DNA of 64,000 bases from NCBI GenBank assembly GCA_965219445.1, contig CBDCNQ010000005.1, positions 1,024,001-1,088,000 on the forward strand. Reading direction: 5' to 3'. Position numbers and translations under genes: made by a program. The notes under the pieces were generated by a model. It saw only the letters and a list, made by a program, of their open reading frames with translations. It did no database searches and was not told the DNA's origin. Below, piece by piece: positions 24,050-34,881 of this stretch (positions are counted from its first letter, which is position 1; each line of letters opens with the position of its first letter). The stretch is from Longimicrobiales bacterium (GTDB taxonomy: Bacteria; Gemmatimonadota; Gemmatimonadetes; Longimicrobiales; Gaopeijiaceae).

Positions 24050-25288
24050 ATGGGGATGGATTCTGTAAAGAACACGGCCCGCTCGCCCCGGAAAACCAAG
24101 CCCAAGGGCCGTCATCCCGACAAGGCCCTGTCGGCCGCTTTCGTGCGCACCGCCCCGCCTGGAAGACACGCGGACGGCAACGGGTTGTACCTCTACGTGC
24201 AGCCGACGGGAACGCGGAGTTGGATTCAGCGGCTCGTGATCCGGGGCCGCAAGCGCGAGCTCGGGCTCGGCAGCGTCGCCCTGGTCTCGCTGGCCGAGGC
24301 TCGCGAGCAGGCGCTGGCCAACCGCAAGCTCGCCCGCACGGGCGGCGACCCGCTGGCCGAGAAGCGGCGCTCCGTTGGCATACCCACGTTCGCCGAAGCC
24401 GCTCGACGTGTGGTCGAGCAGAAGAGGGCCGGGTGGCGAAGTCGGGCGCAGGGCCGCGACTGGATGTTGACCTTCGAGCGGTATGCCTTCCCGCGGGTCG
24501 GGAAGCTGCCGGTGTCGGAGGTCACGAGCGCCGACATGCTGGAGATCCTCGCGCCCATCTGGCACGAGAAGGCGGCCACCGCCCGGAAGCTGCGCCAACG
24601 CCTCCATGCGGTGTTGGAATGGGCCGTGGCGATGGAGTTTCGGATCGACAACCCGTGCGACCGGATCGGCCCGGTCCTGGGTGCACAGCATAACGTTGTG
24701 CAGCACATGCGAGCCTTGCCGCATCGAGAGGTGACCGCGGCGATTCAGACGGCGCGGGCATCGACGGTACCGCTAGCTGTCCGGCTGGCATTCGAGTTCC
24801 TGGTGCTGACAGCAGCGCGGTGGGGCGAGGTACGGTGGGCCGAGTGGACCGAGATCGATCGGGAGAATGGCGTGTGGACCGTACCGGCTAAGCGGATGAA
24901 GTCGAACCGGGAGCACCGGGTGCCGCTGTGTGGCCGGGCCGTGGAGATTCTTGACGAGGCACGGAGGCTCGTGGAGGGAACCAGTCCGTTCCTGTTTCCC
25001 AATCGGGTCGGCAAGCAGCTCGAGGAGAAGCAACTGCGCCGGATGTTCCAGAAACACGGGATCGCGGCCGTGCCGCACGGTTTTCGCTCCAGTTTCCGGG
25101 ACTGGGCGGCCGAGGAAACGGATCATCCCCGCGAGGTCATCGAGGCGGCCTTGGCGCACGTCGTCCAGAACAGGGTCGAGGCGGCCTATCGCCGCACGGA
25201 CCTCTTTGAGCGCCGGCGTCGGCTCATGAACGACTGGGCAGCCTATCTGGCCGGGGAGTCTCGACCGGACGACATGCCGGGCCGCTGA
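24050..25288 (+). CDS. P4-like tyrosine integrase, intact
   Basis: Arm-binding domain (DGNGLYL, RELGLG); catalytic R (AARWGE), HGFR, LAH, AAY. Confidence 0.95.
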   Translation: MGMDSVKNTARSPRKTKPKGRHPDKALSAAFVRTAPPGRHADGNGLYLYVQPTGTRSWIQRLVIRGRKRELGLGSVALVSLAEAREQALANRKLARTGGDPLAEKRRSVGIPTFAEAARRVVEQKRAGWRSRAQGRDWMLTFERYAFPRVGKLPVSEVTSADMLEILAPIWHEKAATARKLRQRLHAVLEWAVAMEFRIDNPCDRIGPVLGAQHNVVQHMRALPHREVTAAIQTARASTVPLAVRLAFEFLVLTAARWGEVRWAEWTEIDRENGVWTVPAKRMKSNREHRVPLCGRAVEILDEARRLVEGTSPFLFPNRVGKQLEEKQLRRMFQKHGIAAVPHGFRSSFRDWAAEETDHPREVIEAALAHVVQNRVEAAYRRTDLFERRRRLMNDWAAYLAGESRPDDMPGR

Positions 25289-25570
25289 ACACCGCACCGA
25301 GGTCGGTGACCTGAACCTGGCCGGCTACAATCACTCGTTCTTCATTTGCTGGCTCTCCTTAGTTACCTGCGGCCTAGAGTTCTCCGGGTAAGAGTGTGGC
25401 GTTGCACACGTCGGTCTGGAGTTCCTTCCAGTCCCCAGTAGCTGCGTCGATGATGACTGGGAGGAGACCGCCCAGGATGTCTAGGACGACCCACTTAGAC
25501 GGAATCCCGGTCTCGAGCACGCACGTGAAGTCCTGGTGGCCTTCGTGGCGCAGGGTCGCCCAGGTCTAGC

Positions 25571-25981
25571 TCATGCGGGCCTCCCTCCCTTCATCCCGTG
25601 GAATCGGTTCCACTTGCCCCACTGTGACGCTGCCGTGCTCGGGTTGAGCCCTTCTCCTATGCACTGATCCATCACATCCTGACGGTCGACGGTTCCATCC
25701 GGCCTCTGACGATCCAAGATGATCTCCCAGACCCTCCCGGTCCTTGATCCGGGTCCCGGCTCCATCACACCGTTCCGTGTGCGCCTTTCTTGCCGCGTAG
25801 GCATGGGGGCTTCTGCTGCCGGGCGCCTGTCGAGTCGCTCCGAAAGCAGGCGCGCGAGATCCGCAATGGAGCCGCTACCACTACGTGTGAGAACTTCCGC
25901 CAGCCACTTATCGAACCGCAAGCCATCCCCGTCGTCGCCTCGGATATCGAGTGTTATATCGTGGGCTCTCTCGCTCATCAT
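25571..25981 (-). CDS. Hypothetical protein, possible C-terminal HTH
   Basis: 136-aa ORF with a GAGGAG RBS. Confidence 0.5.
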   Translation of the reverse strand: MMSERAHDITLDIRGDDGDGLRFDKWLAEVLTRSGSGSIADLARLLSERLDRRPAAEAPMPTRQERRTRNGVMEPGPGSRTGRVWEIILDRQRPDGTVDRQDVMDQCIGEGLNPSTAASQWGKWNRFHGMKGGRPA

Positions 25982-26244
25982 TCCTCCTCGTAGGGCGAAG
26001 TACCACCATCATGGGTACGCACCACCCAAGATAGTGGTGTACCTTGAACTGTTCAAGGCGTCACCCCGGATCCTCGGACGGGGGCGGTTTGGGGCGGTTT
26101 TTCCCCGTGGGCTAGTGCCGAGTGGCTGGAACAAGGACGCGGGCGCTGGAGGCATCAAGCTTTGAGGCTCACGGCAAGGGTGCGGTGAGGTGACTTGAGG
26201 CGGACAACGGCCGAATATCGGCGAGCGGGAGGCCGCGAGACACG

Positions 26245-26360
26245 GGGGCCTCAGCCGGATGCACGATCCGTCGTTGAGCCACAGCCGACCTCGCTTCGGC
26301 TGCCGCTCCGGGACCTTCAGCCCCTCCTGCCTCCAGATCCGCTCCACCCGCTTGTCCCCG
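26245..26360 (-). pseudogene. IS3-family orfB fragment
   Basis: RVERIWRQEGLKVPERQPKRGRLWLNDGSCIRLRP. Confidence 0.75.
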
Positions 26361-26937
26361 TGAAATCTACTCCATCGTCCAAGGCTTGGCCCGGATTGAG
26401 GACAGCAGCCCGAATACAGACCAGTACTGGTATCTTTGGCGCCACTTTGCCGATGGCGTGCGGCGAGCTGCGTGGGTCGCTCGGCTCGACGATGAACACC
26501 CGTTCGGCAGCGAGGTGCTGTCCGCGATTTCCCTCACATCGGGGTGGAAAGACGGCGTCAGACATTGGAGAAGTCTTGAGGGTCACGCCGACCAAGTCCA
26601 TGATCTTTTCGAGGCATTGCCACCCTCGGCGATAGTTCTCGACGATTACGTTCGCTTTCTCTATCACATCGGTGAGTGGTCGCTTCCGGATGCCTTCATT
26701 CGGGTCGCGAACTCCCTTATGTGTGGAGATGCGCAGGCAATGCTCAGGATGAGCAACACAGTGTTTCTACTGGAAGTTCTGCTCCAACGGCATGTATACG
26801 GAAGGCCCCTAGAGCTGAAACGAGACACGGATGTCAGGCACGTGGTCCTCTCCCTACTCGACATCCTGGTCGACAACGGATCGTCGGCAGCCTTCCGAAT
26901 GAGAGATGACTTCGTGACGCCAGCCGTCGAAGCATAG
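26360..26937 (+). pseudogene. C-terminal fragment of a large helical protein (possibly STAND/AVAST-like)
   Basis: Frame starts abruptly at the IS3 fragment and ends LLDILVDNGSSAAFRMRDDFVTP; family assignment is from recollection only. Confidence 0.4.
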
Positions 26938-27204
26938 ACCGCACCTAACTGGGCGGGCCGCTGCGCAGTCTGATCCACTGCCCTGCTGCGGTGGATCCGC
27001 AGGTCCTGAGAACCGCGCGTCTCAGCTGAGCACAATCGAGGCCGTCCCCGGCTTCCCTCCGCTATCCCCGGACCCGCTCGACGCGCCGCTGGCGGAGCGG
27101 CCGGACACACTGCTCTCCCAATTAAATCCCAACAAATCTACTAAGAACGTCGGTCAAATCCTACGTATTGACGTAGTTGCGCAAGTGCCTTCATCGTCCC
27201 TCGC

Positions 27205-27696
27205 ATGGAGATGCTGAAGGGGCTTTTCATGGCGCGAGTGGATGCGTTCCTCGAACGCACGGGAGTGGCGCCGGCGACGCTTGGCCGCCAGGCGGTAGGC
27301 GATCCGAACCTAGTGCGTCAGCTACGCCATGGCCGCTCCCCGACGCTGGCGACGGTCGATCAGCTCCTGGCGTTCATGGAGGGCTTCGCCGAGGCCGGTG
27401 TGGACCCTGTTTCCTCTCGGAGCGACCGGCTCCGGGATTCATCCCCGAGAGAACGGAGAGGCAGAGAGATGACGAGAACCATGGTGCAGGAAATGGAGGT
27501 GCCGATCCGCATCGTGCGGCTCCCGGCCGTGCAAGCTCGCACGGGGCTCGGGCGGAGCACGATCTACGTGCGGCTGGCCGAGGGTTCCTTCCCCAGACCC
27601 GTCCAGCTAGGCGCGCGCGCTGTCGGCTGGATCGAGGAGGAGGTGGACGAGTGGATCCGCAAGCAGATCGCGTTGAGCCGCGGCGAGGCCGAGTGA
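27205..27696 (+). CDS. Small HTH domain fused to AlpA-family regulator/excisionase
   Basis: C-terminal RIVRLPAVQARTGLGRSTIY...FPRPVQLGARAVGW; internal ATG at 27469. Confidence 0.85.
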   Translation: MEMLKGLFMARVDAFLERTGVAPATLGRQAVGDPNLVRQLRHGRSPTLATVDQLLAFMEGFAEAGVDPVSSRSDRLRDSSPRERRGREMTRTMVQEMEVPIRIVRLPAVQARTGLGRSTIYVRLAEGSFPRPVQLGARAVGWIEEEVDEWIRKQIALSRGEAE

Positions 27697-27731
27697 TCGG
27701 CGCATCCCAGCGAGAGACCAAGGAGCAGACG

Positions 27732-28019
27732 ATGCAACCTTTGTTAAGGACGGTACGAGCGGCGGCCTGGGCCACGCTGTGGTTGCTGTTCCCCGGGGTG
27801 CTGTGGGCTCAGGGGACGAGCCCGTGGGTGGAGGCGGTGAACGAGCTGCAGGCGCAGTTCACGGGTCCGATCGCGAGGGGGCTCTCGCTCATCGCGATCG
27901 TCGTGGGCGGGCTGATGTTCGCGTTCGGCGAGGGCGGTAGCAAGCGGACGCTGGCCGGGATCATCTTCGGTCTCGGGATGGCGATGGGCGCGGCGAACTT
28001 CCTGGCCTGGCTGTTCTGA
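27732..28019 (+). CDS. virB2: VirB2/TrbC conjugative pilin
   Basis: Signal peptide, SPW..., GPIARGLSLIAIVVGGLMFAFGEG; first gene of the T4SS operon. Confidence 0.85.
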   Translation: MQPLLRTVRAAAWATLWLLFPGVLWAQGTSPWVEAVNELQAQFTGPIARGLSLIAIVVGGLMFAFGEGGSKRTLAGIIFGLGMAMGAANFLAWLF

Positions 28020-28321
28020 TGAGGGGTCTGAGGCGCTGGGTCGGCTATGCGGCGCTGAACCGTCCGCTGACGATCCTGGGTGTGGAGCGTAGGGGGTTCC
28101 TGCTCGTCGCCACACTCGGGCTCGCGATGTGGAACGCGACGGCTTCGCTCGTGACGGGCGGCGTGGTGTTCGCTGTGGGCTACGGTGCGGGCTGGCTCGC
28201 CGGCCGCAAAGACCCGGACATGCTTGGCGTGCTCCGCGCCGGGACGCGTTTCCCGTCGCGTTTCGACCCGGGCAAGTGGGCCGAAGAGCCGTGGCATCTC
28301 GTGATCCGGAGCGGGCGATGA
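28019..28321 (+). CDS. virB3: VirB3/TrbD-like protein
   Basis: ALNRPLTILGVER, two TM segments, KDP motif; translationally coupled. Confidence 0.8.
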   Translation: MRGLRRWVGYAALNRPLTILGVERRGFLLVATLGLAMWNATASLVTGGVVFAVGYGAGWLAGRKDPDMLGVLRAGTRFPSRFDPGKWAEEPWHLVIRSGR

Positions 28322-30762
28322 GGATCTCCGCGGAGCTCCGGGACCACGAGGCGGCCGGCTCACTGGCCGAGGAGCTGCCCTACTGGGGCTGGCTCGAGGA
28401 CGGCCGCACCTGCCTGACCCGCACGGGCGAGCTGATCGCGGCCGGCCGGCTGGCGCCTGCGGTGGTCGACGGGCGTTCGCCCGAACAGATCGACCGCGTG
28501 CTGGGCCGCTGGCAGCGTCTGCTCTCGGGGTTGGACGCTGACACGCGCCTCTACTTCTATATGCTCCGGCGGCCAAGTCCGCCCGAGGCCACGGACGCCG
28601 AGGGCTCCGGCATCGTAGCGGTGTCGCAGCGGAAGCGGAGTGCGTTTCTGGCCGGGCGTGTGCAGCAGCTCGAAGCCTATCTGGTCTGGTCGCACGATCC
28701 CCGCCTCCGGACGGTGGCAGACGGGCCCGCGTCGGGAAGCGCGTCCCGGCTCATGCAGTGGTGGAAGCGCCGCCAGGCGAGCGCGCCCACCTACCTGCGG
28801 TCCGAGATCGAGGCGGCCGCCGCCCGCTTTCGCTCGACGGTGGACGCGGGCCGTGCGCTCGTGGAGGAGCACACGCCGATCGACATCCTCTCGCCAGCCG
28901 AGGCTTCTCGTCTCCTCTCCGAGCTGATCAACCGTCCGGGCATGATCTGGGACGGCGCGACGGGAAGCGGGATGAACTGGCGACTCGCCCTCTCTGAGCT
29001 AGAGGCGGAGCGAGGACACCTGCGCCTCGACGGCGAGCCGGTGATCCTGTACTCGCTCCTGTCCCCGCCTGGGCAGGCCCGGGCCAACCTGCTCCGGGAG
29101 CTCTACTGCCTCGATGCCGTGATGACGGTCTCGCTCGAGTGGCGGCCCTGGGCGATGGAAGCGGCCCGGCGCCGGATCCGCGGCGCGCAGCGGCACTACT
29201 TCGCGCGCCGTTACTCGATGATGGCGCACGTGCAGGAGACGGAGGGCACGGCCGCCGCGATGGTCGACTCGGCCGCGGCGACGGAGTCCGACCGTCTGGG
29301 CGAGGCGCTGGTCGAGCTCGAGGCGGACGGCGTGAGCTACGGCGAGGCCACGCTGACCGTGGCGCTCCACGGGGAGCTCGGGCGGATCGAGCGGCTGGAC
29401 GGCGACCTCCGCCGTCTCTTCGCGGCGCACGACGCGAAGGTGATCCGGGAGGGCTACGGCCAGCTGCCGGCGTGGTTCTCCCGGCTCCCGGCCCAGCCGC
29501 GTGGGCGGCAGGTACGGAAGGTGTTCGTGTCGGCCGGCGTGGCGGCCTGTCTGGCGCCGCTGTTCGGGCCGCCACGGGGCACCGTGAAGAGCAAGCATCT
29601 CGGTCGCGAGTCGCTCGCGGTCTTGGAGACCCCGTGGCGCACGGCGTACCACTACGACCTTTTCGCCGGCGACGTAGGCCACACGCTGATGCTCGGCGCT
29701 ACCGGCTCGGGGAAGAGCTTCACACTGAACTTCCTCCTGGTCGAAGCCCTCAGGTACGACCCGCGCGTCCTGATCCTCGACCTGGGCGGCTCCTACCGCT
29801 GGCTGACCCGGTTCCTCGGGGGCCGCTACCTGGAGCTCTCTCCCGATGAGGCGGAGCCGACGCTCCGGCTGCAGCCGTTCGCGCTCCCGGCGGGCACCCG
29901 GACGTTCCAGTTCCTGACGGGCTGGGTGCTCCGGCTCCTGAAGCTCGGCGGCTGGGAGGTGAGCGGGGCGGACACGAGCGAGATCCGCTCGCGCATCGAG
30001 GACCTGTATGCGTTCGAGCCGGAGCGGCGGACGCTGAGCGTCCTGGCCGGCTCGCTGCCGTCCGCGACGTGGCCGGCCTGGAGCCGCTGGATCGAAGGCG
30101 GCGCCTGGGGCACGTACTTCGATAACCCGGCCGTCGGGGCACCGGACCTCGAGTTCGCCGACTGGCAGGTGATCGATCTGGCCGGCGCGGTCGAGCATCC
30201 GGATCTCTGCGATGCGGCGCTCTCCTATCTACTCGAGCGGATGCGCTTGGAGGTCGAGGATCCGTCCGAGGCGGCGCGTCTGAAGCTGATGGTCGTGGAC
30301 GAGGCCTGGCGCTACCTGCAGGACCCGGCGGTGCTGAGCTACCTGGCCGAGGCGGCGAAGACGTGGCGCAAGAAGAACGCCGCGCTGATCCTCGCCACCC
30401 AGTCCGCCGTGGACGTGACGGCGACGCCGGGTGCTGCGGCGCTGCTCGAGTCGATCCCGACGAAGCTCTTCCTCGCGAACCCCGAGCTCCCCGACGCGGT
30501 CGGGGCGCTGTTCCGGCTGAACGAGTCGGAGCTGGCCCGGGTCCGAGGCCTGATCCCCAAACGCGAGCTCTATCTGCGCCGCCCGGACGGGGCGGCGGTG
30601 CTCCGGCTCGAGGTCGATCCGGAGAGCTACTGGCTCTACACCTCGTCCGCATTGGACGCCGAGGAGAGGGCCCGGGCCGTCGAGCGTCACGGACTCAGCC
30701 GGGCCCTAGAGGTGCTCGCGAGCCGAGACGATCCCACCCCCACCCCCAACGCAAGGAGCTGA
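28318..30762 (+). CDS. virB4: VirB4/TrbE ATPase
   Basis: GHTLMLGATGSGKS, VVDEAW, TWRKKNA, LATQS. Confidence 0.93.
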   Translation: MRISAELRDHEAAGSLAEELPYWGWLEDGRTCLTRTGELIAAGRLAPAVVDGRSPEQIDRVLGRWQRLLSGLDADTRLYFYMLRRPSPPEATDAEGSGIVAVSQRKRSAFLAGRVQQLEAYLVWSHDPRLRTVADGPASGSASRLMQWWKRRQASAPTYLRSEIEAAAARFRSTVDAGRALVEEHTPIDILSPAEASRLLSELINRPGMIWDGATGSGMNWRLALSELEAERGHLRLDGEPVILYSLLSPPGQARANLLRELYCLDAVMTVSLEWRPWAMEAARRRIRGAQRHYFARRYSMMAHVQETEGTAAAMVDSAAATESDRLGEALVELEADGVSYGEATLTVALHGELGRIERLDGDLRRLFAAHDAKVIREGYGQLPAWFSRLPAQPRGRQVRKVFVSAGVAACLAPLFGPPRGTVKSKHLGRESLAVLETPWRTAYHYDLFAGDVGHTLMLGATGSGKSFTLNFLLVEALRYDPRVLILDLGGSYRWLTRFLGGRYLELSPDEAEPTLRLQPFALPAGTRTFQFLTGWVLRLLKLGGWEVSGADTSEIRSRIEDLYAFEPERRTLSVLAGSLPSATWPAWSRWIEGGAWGTYFDNPAVGAPDLEFADWQVIDLAGAVEHPDLCDAALSYLLERMRLEVEDPSEAARLKLMVVDEAWRYLQDPAVLSYLAEAAKTWRKKNAALILATQSAVDVTATPGAAALLESIPTKLFLANPELPDAVGALFRLNESELARVRGLIPKRELYLRRPDGAAVLRLEVDPESYWLYTSSALDAEERARAVERHGLSRALEVLASRDDPTPTPNARS

Positions 30763-30768
30763 TACGCC

Positions 30769-31635
30769 ATGCGATCCCTATTGCAACCGATAGCTCTCCT
30801 GACGCTTCTCTTGGCTGCCTTCCCTGTCGCGGCTACCGCCCAGCAGGAGGACGACCAAGCGTTCCTCCGAGTACCGGTCCCCGAGGAGGGCGAGGACCGG
30901 ATCCACCGGCTCCGCACCCAAGTCCGTCACACGACCGTCATCGTGCTCCCCGCCGGGGAGAACATCCTGGATTTCGTGGTCGGCGACTCGGAGTACTGGC
31001 ACCTGGCGGGCGCCGCGAACGTCGCGTTCCTGAAGCCTCTCGCTTCGGACGCGGCGACGAACATCGCGCTCGTCTGCGAGTCCGGGCGCATCTACTCGTT
31101 CCTGGTGGCCGAGCACAGCGACGGGCCGCCCCATCTGGTCGTCCGGGTCGAGTCCGGCGCGGAGAAGACGGGACTGTCCGGCGGCGGCAGCGGCCGTCCC
31201 GCGTTCGTCGCGCGGAGCGAGGTCGCGGCCTATCAGCAGATGGCCGCCGAGGCGGCCGAGGCGGCTCGCAGCGCCCGGGAGGCGGCCGAGGCCGGCATCC
31301 TGGAAGCCCGGACTCAGGCCGAAACGGAGATCGAGGAGTTCCGTGCGCGCTATCCGGAGCGTCTCGCGTTCGAGTACCGGCTCGACGGGGACGCGGCCGA
31401 CCGGCCGTTCCTGGTCGAGGCGATGTGGCACGACGGGCAGTTCACCTACCTCCGCTCCCACGCCCAGGAGTCGCCGGCCCTCTATGAGCTCCGGGACGGC
31501 GAGCCTGCGCTCGTCGCCTACGACCTCTCAGAGGACGGCCTCTACATCGCCCGCCACGTGCTGGGCGACGGGTGGCTGCAGATCGGTGACAAGCGGGCCG
31601 CTTGGCGGTTCACGCCCAGGGACGGGCTCCGATGA
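30769..31635 (+). CDS. virB9: VirB9/TrbG core complex protein
   Basis: Signal peptide, TTVIVLPAGE...VVGDSEYW, HDGQFTYL..QESPALY. Confidence 0.85.
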   Translation: MRSLLQPIALLTLLLAAFPVAATAQQEDDQAFLRVPVPEEGEDRIHRLRTQVRHTTVIVLPAGENILDFVVGDSEYWHLAGAANVAFLKPLASDAATNIALVCESGRIYSFLVAEHSDGPPHLVVRVESGAEKTGLSGGGSGRPAFVARSEVAAYQQMAAEAAEAARSAREAAEAGILEARTQAETEIEEFRARYPERLAFEYRLDGDAADRPFLVEAMWHDGQFTYLRSHAQESPALYELRDGEPALVAYDLSEDGLYIARHVLGDGWLQIGDKRAAWRFTPRDGLR

Positions 31636-32915
31636 GCCGCTGGAAGCAGTGGGTCCGGCCCCCGGAAGGCGCGCTGCCGGGCGGCATCGTGACGAAGGCC
31701 GGCGTGGTGTTGATCGCCGTGCTCGTCGGTGGACTCCTCTTCTCGTGGGCGATGACGGGTCCCCAGGAAGCCGACACTCTCGTAGCCCTGCCCGAGGCGC
31801 AGGCGGTCGACGACGGCATGGGGAGGTCGCTCCAGGGCCGCATTCGGCAAGAGGCCGAGCGGCAGACTCTGGAGGCCGCCGCCCGGGCGCGCGCCGAGCT
31901 CGAGCGCCGGCAGGCTGCGGCCGCCGGGGAGATGGCTCGGCTCCAGACCGAGTCGGAGACGCCGAACACCGCAGCCTTGATCCCAGGCGTGAGCGCGGCC
32001 GAGTCGGAGCTTAGGGAGGCGCTTCGGCTGGAGGAGCTGGAGCGAAGAACCCGCTCGCTCCGTGCCCTTCCCGTGTCTCAGTCGTACCGGGACCCGAATG
32101 CAGCTGCGGAGTCGTCCCAGGGCGATGGCGCAGGCACAGATGGCGCGGCCGACGCGGATGTGGCGCTCCTCGAGAACGCGGTCCAAGCGGCTCTCGCCTC
32201 CTTCGAGCAGTCGCTCGGGGCGCTCGAGGGCGAGCTGGCGGCGGAGCAGCTTCTCCTCGGGTCCCCTGGCATCGCCGCTGCGATGGCGCCCGCGTCCGGG
32301 CCGCAGGCCTCCCTCCGAGCGCACGGTACGGCTGAGCCGGTCTCTAGCGTCGCGTCCGCCGACCCGCCGGGTTGGGAGCGGATCCATGAGGGCTCGTTCC
32401 TCGAAGGGGTGCTTCTCACTCAGCTCACGGGCGATTTCCCCGGACCGGTGCTCGCGACCGTCGCGGTGCCGTTCTATTCGGCCGACCGCCAGCGGGTCCT
32501 GATCCCGCGCGGCTCACGCGTCGTCGGAACAGCCCGGGCCGTCCAGGACCCGGACCAGAGCCGGCTCGCCGTCGCGTTCCACCGGTTGCTCCTGCCCGAC
32601 GGCAGCTGGATCGACCTCGAGTTCACGGGCCTGAACCAGGCGGGCGAAGGCGCGCTTCGGGACCAGGTCGACCGCCACTACTTCAGCACGTTCGCGGCCG
32701 CCGGAGCTGTCGGTGTCGTAAGCGGACTCGCCCTGGCCGGCGGTTCGCCGTTCGGCCTGAGGGCGGGCGTCGGCCAGGGACTCGGCCAGAGCGCGACCTC
32801 GGTTCTCGACCGGTTCCTGAACCGGCTACCCACGATCACGATCCGCGCGGGCCATCGCCTGCGCATCTGGTTCACCTCCGATGTCCTGGTCCCCAGGCCC
32901 CGGACACGGCAATGA
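31632..32915 (+). CDS. virB10: VirB10/TrbI protein
   Basis: N-terminal TM, coiled coil, GSFLEGVL...LIPRGSRVVG...DQVDRHY...PTITIRAG. Confidence 0.9.
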   Translation: MSRWKQWVRPPEGALPGGIVTKAGVVLIAVLVGGLLFSWAMTGPQEADTLVALPEAQAVDDGMGRSLQGRIRQEAERQTLEAAARARAELERRQAAAAGEMARLQTESETPNTAALIPGVSAAESELREALRLEELERRTRSLRALPVSQSYRDPNAAAESSQGDGAGTDGAADADVALLENAVQAALASFEQSLGALEGELAAEQLLLGSPGIAAAMAPASGPQASLRAHGTAEPVSSVASADPPGWERIHEGSFLEGVLLTQLTGDFPGPVLATVAVPFYSADRQRVLIPRGSRVVGTARAVQDPDQSRLAVAFHRLLLPDGSWIDLEFTGLNQAGEGALRDQVDRHYFSTFAAAGAVGVVSGLALAGGSPFGLRAGVGQGLGQSATSVLDRFLNRLPTITIRAGHRLRIWFTSDVLVPRPRTRQ

Positions 32916-32932
32916 AACGAAAGGAGACTCTC

Positions 32933-33841
32933 ATGCAGATCCGAACCCTTACCACCGTCCTCCTGGTCTCGGTCCTGATGCTCGCGAGCGCAAGTCCGGC
33001 CAACGCCCTTTTCGACATCGGCGGCGTGATCCAGCGCGCCCAGATGATCGTGAACCAAGCGACCCAGATCGCGAACCAGATCCGCCAGATGCGGACCATG
33101 ACCCGCCAGCTCACCGAGCTCGAGGAGCAGCTCGACTACATGAAGGACGTCGCGCGGGGCGAAGTCGACGCGCTGATCGAACCGTTCGCCGAGCTGGCGG
33201 CCGGGTCCATCGGCCTCGTCGGCGACGGCCTCGGCTGGGGCTCCGAGTTCACCGGAGCAGCCGGAGAGCTGGTCGACGCTGTCCGTGACATGGGGAGCGG
33301 CGACTCGTTCACCGATGTCTGGCGGAGCGCCCAAGGTGTGGCCGACCAGGTGAGCGAGGCGGACATCCTCGAGCTGTTCCGTAACCGCCCGGCCGAGGCG
33401 TCGTCCCGCGCGGTGGAGGACTACCGCCAGGCCAAGGAGGCCGCCGACCGCCAGCGCGTGCTCGACTACGCGATGATGGACGCCGCGGCCTCGCTCGCCT
33501 CGACCGTCGAGAGCGCGCAGGGCTCGTTCGACGAGCTCACCGCGAACGGCAATCTGTCCAACACGGCACTCCAGCAGGCGCAGGTCGCGGCCGCGCTGAC
33601 GCAGGGCCGGATCAACGCCGCCGTGGCGCAGGTGCTCGCCTATCAAGCGGTCGAGCAGGCGAACCGGATGCAGCAGGCCGAGATCGACCGCCTCGAGCGC
33701 CTCGCCGAGTGGAGGGACGCACGCCTCCGTACGAACGCGATGGCCGATGCGATGCGGGCGGCCGCGTTCCAGAACCGCGACCGGCTCCGGGAAGGGCTCC
33801 TCTTCAAGATCCCGTCGTTCTACATGGGCGGCCAGGCATAG
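32933..33841 (+). CDS. VirB5/TrbJ-like protein
   Basis: Signal peptide, Gln-rich coiled coil (QIANQIRQMR); directly upstream of VirB6. Confidence 0.6.
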   Translation: MQIRTLTTVLLVSVLMLASASPANALFDIGGVIQRAQMIVNQATQIANQIRQMRTMTRQLTELEEQLDYMKDVARGEVDALIEPFAELAAGSIGLVGDGLGWGSEFTGAAGELVDAVRDMGSGDSFTDVWRSAQGVADQVSEADILELFRNRPAEASSRAVEDYRQAKEAADRQRVLDYAMMDAAASLASTVESAQGSFDELTANGNLSNTALQQAQVAAALTQGRINAAVAQVLAYQAVEQANRMQQAEIDRLERLAEWRDARLRTNAMADAMRAAAFQNRDRLREGLLFKIPSFYMGGQA

Positions 33842-33859
33842 GCCCCGGGAGCGACTGTC

Positions 33860-34870
33860 ATGCAACTTCCTCCCCCCCAGTCGATCGATCCGAACGTCCC
33901 GGCCCAGATCCCGGCGGATCAGCTCCAGGACTTCAAGGGGTTCCTGGACATCGTGCTCGACACCGTGGTCGGCGGCGCCGCGCCCGACGTGCTGACGCTC
34001 GGCCACCAGCTGTGGGGCGGTCTCGCGGCGATCGTCGTCGCATGGAGCGGCCTCAAGATCGCGTTCAGCGGAACCTTCGAGCCCTGGTCCCTCGTGCGGG
34101 TCGTGCTCGCGGTCACGATCCCCCGGACGCTCCTCCATTACTACAGCGTCCCGATCCCGGGCGTGGGCTTCACGTTTCCGGCCATGGTGGCGGCTGGGGG
34201 GATCTGGCTCCAGAACCTGTTCATCTCCGATGTCGTGTCCGTCGGCTACACGGAGATGACCGCGCTGGTGCAGGCGTTCGCCGCACGGCTCGGCGCGGCA
34301 TGGTCGGGCGGGAGCCTGATGACCGTCGTGACCGAGGGCGTGAGCGTGTTCTTCTCGTCCCTCGTCGCGCTGATGATGGGCGTGCCACTCGTGCTCGGCC
34401 TCGTCGCGCTCTTCTGCCTGACCTACGCGCAGGTGATCTGGGCGCAGGTGGCGCTCGCGATCGTGATCCTCTTGGGCCCGGTGTTCATCCCCTGGCTGCT
34501 GTTCGAGCCGCTCGCGTTCCTGTTCTGGGGATGGTTCCGCACGCTCATGGTCTACACGCTCTACGGCGTCGTGGCCGGAGCGATCCTCCGTGTGTTCATG
34601 GGCGTGGGCATGGGCTACGTCACGACCTATACCGGCGCCTTGATGGGCACCGGCTCCTCCGACCCGGCCGAGCTCGGGCTCTGGGTCGTCGTCCTCCTCC
34701 CGCTCGTCGTCTCCGGCCTGATGGCCGGCATGAAGGTGGGCGAGCTCGCCGCGATGCTCGTCTCAGGGTCCGGGTCCGTCGGGTCGGGCATGATGGCGCT
34801 CGTGGTGCGCGGCGGCGGGCGCCTCAGCGCTGCCGCGAACCCGGCCCGCCCCCCAGTCCCCGGAGGCTGA
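33860..34870 (+). CDS. virB6: VirB6/TrbL-like inner membrane protein
   Basis: Polytopic, with ILLGPVFIPWLLFEPLAFLFWGW. Confidence 0.85.
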   Translation: MQLPPPQSIDPNVPAQIPADQLQDFKGFLDIVLDTVVGGAAPDVLTLGHQLWGGLAAIVVAWSGLKIAFSGTFEPWSLVRVVLAVTIPRTLLHYYSVPIPGVGFTFPAMVAAGGIWLQNLFISDVVSVGYTEMTALVQAFAARLGAAWSGGSLMTVVTEGVSVFFSSLVALMMGVPLVLGLVALFCLTYAQVIWAQVALAIVILLGPVFIPWLLFEPLAFLFWGWFRTLMVYTLYGVVAGAILRVFMGVGMGYVTTYTGALMGTGSSDPAELGLWVVVLLPLVVSGLMAGMKVGELAAMLVSGSGSVGSGMMALVVRGGGRLSAAANPARPPVPGG

Positions 34871-34881
34871 AGGAGACGTCC

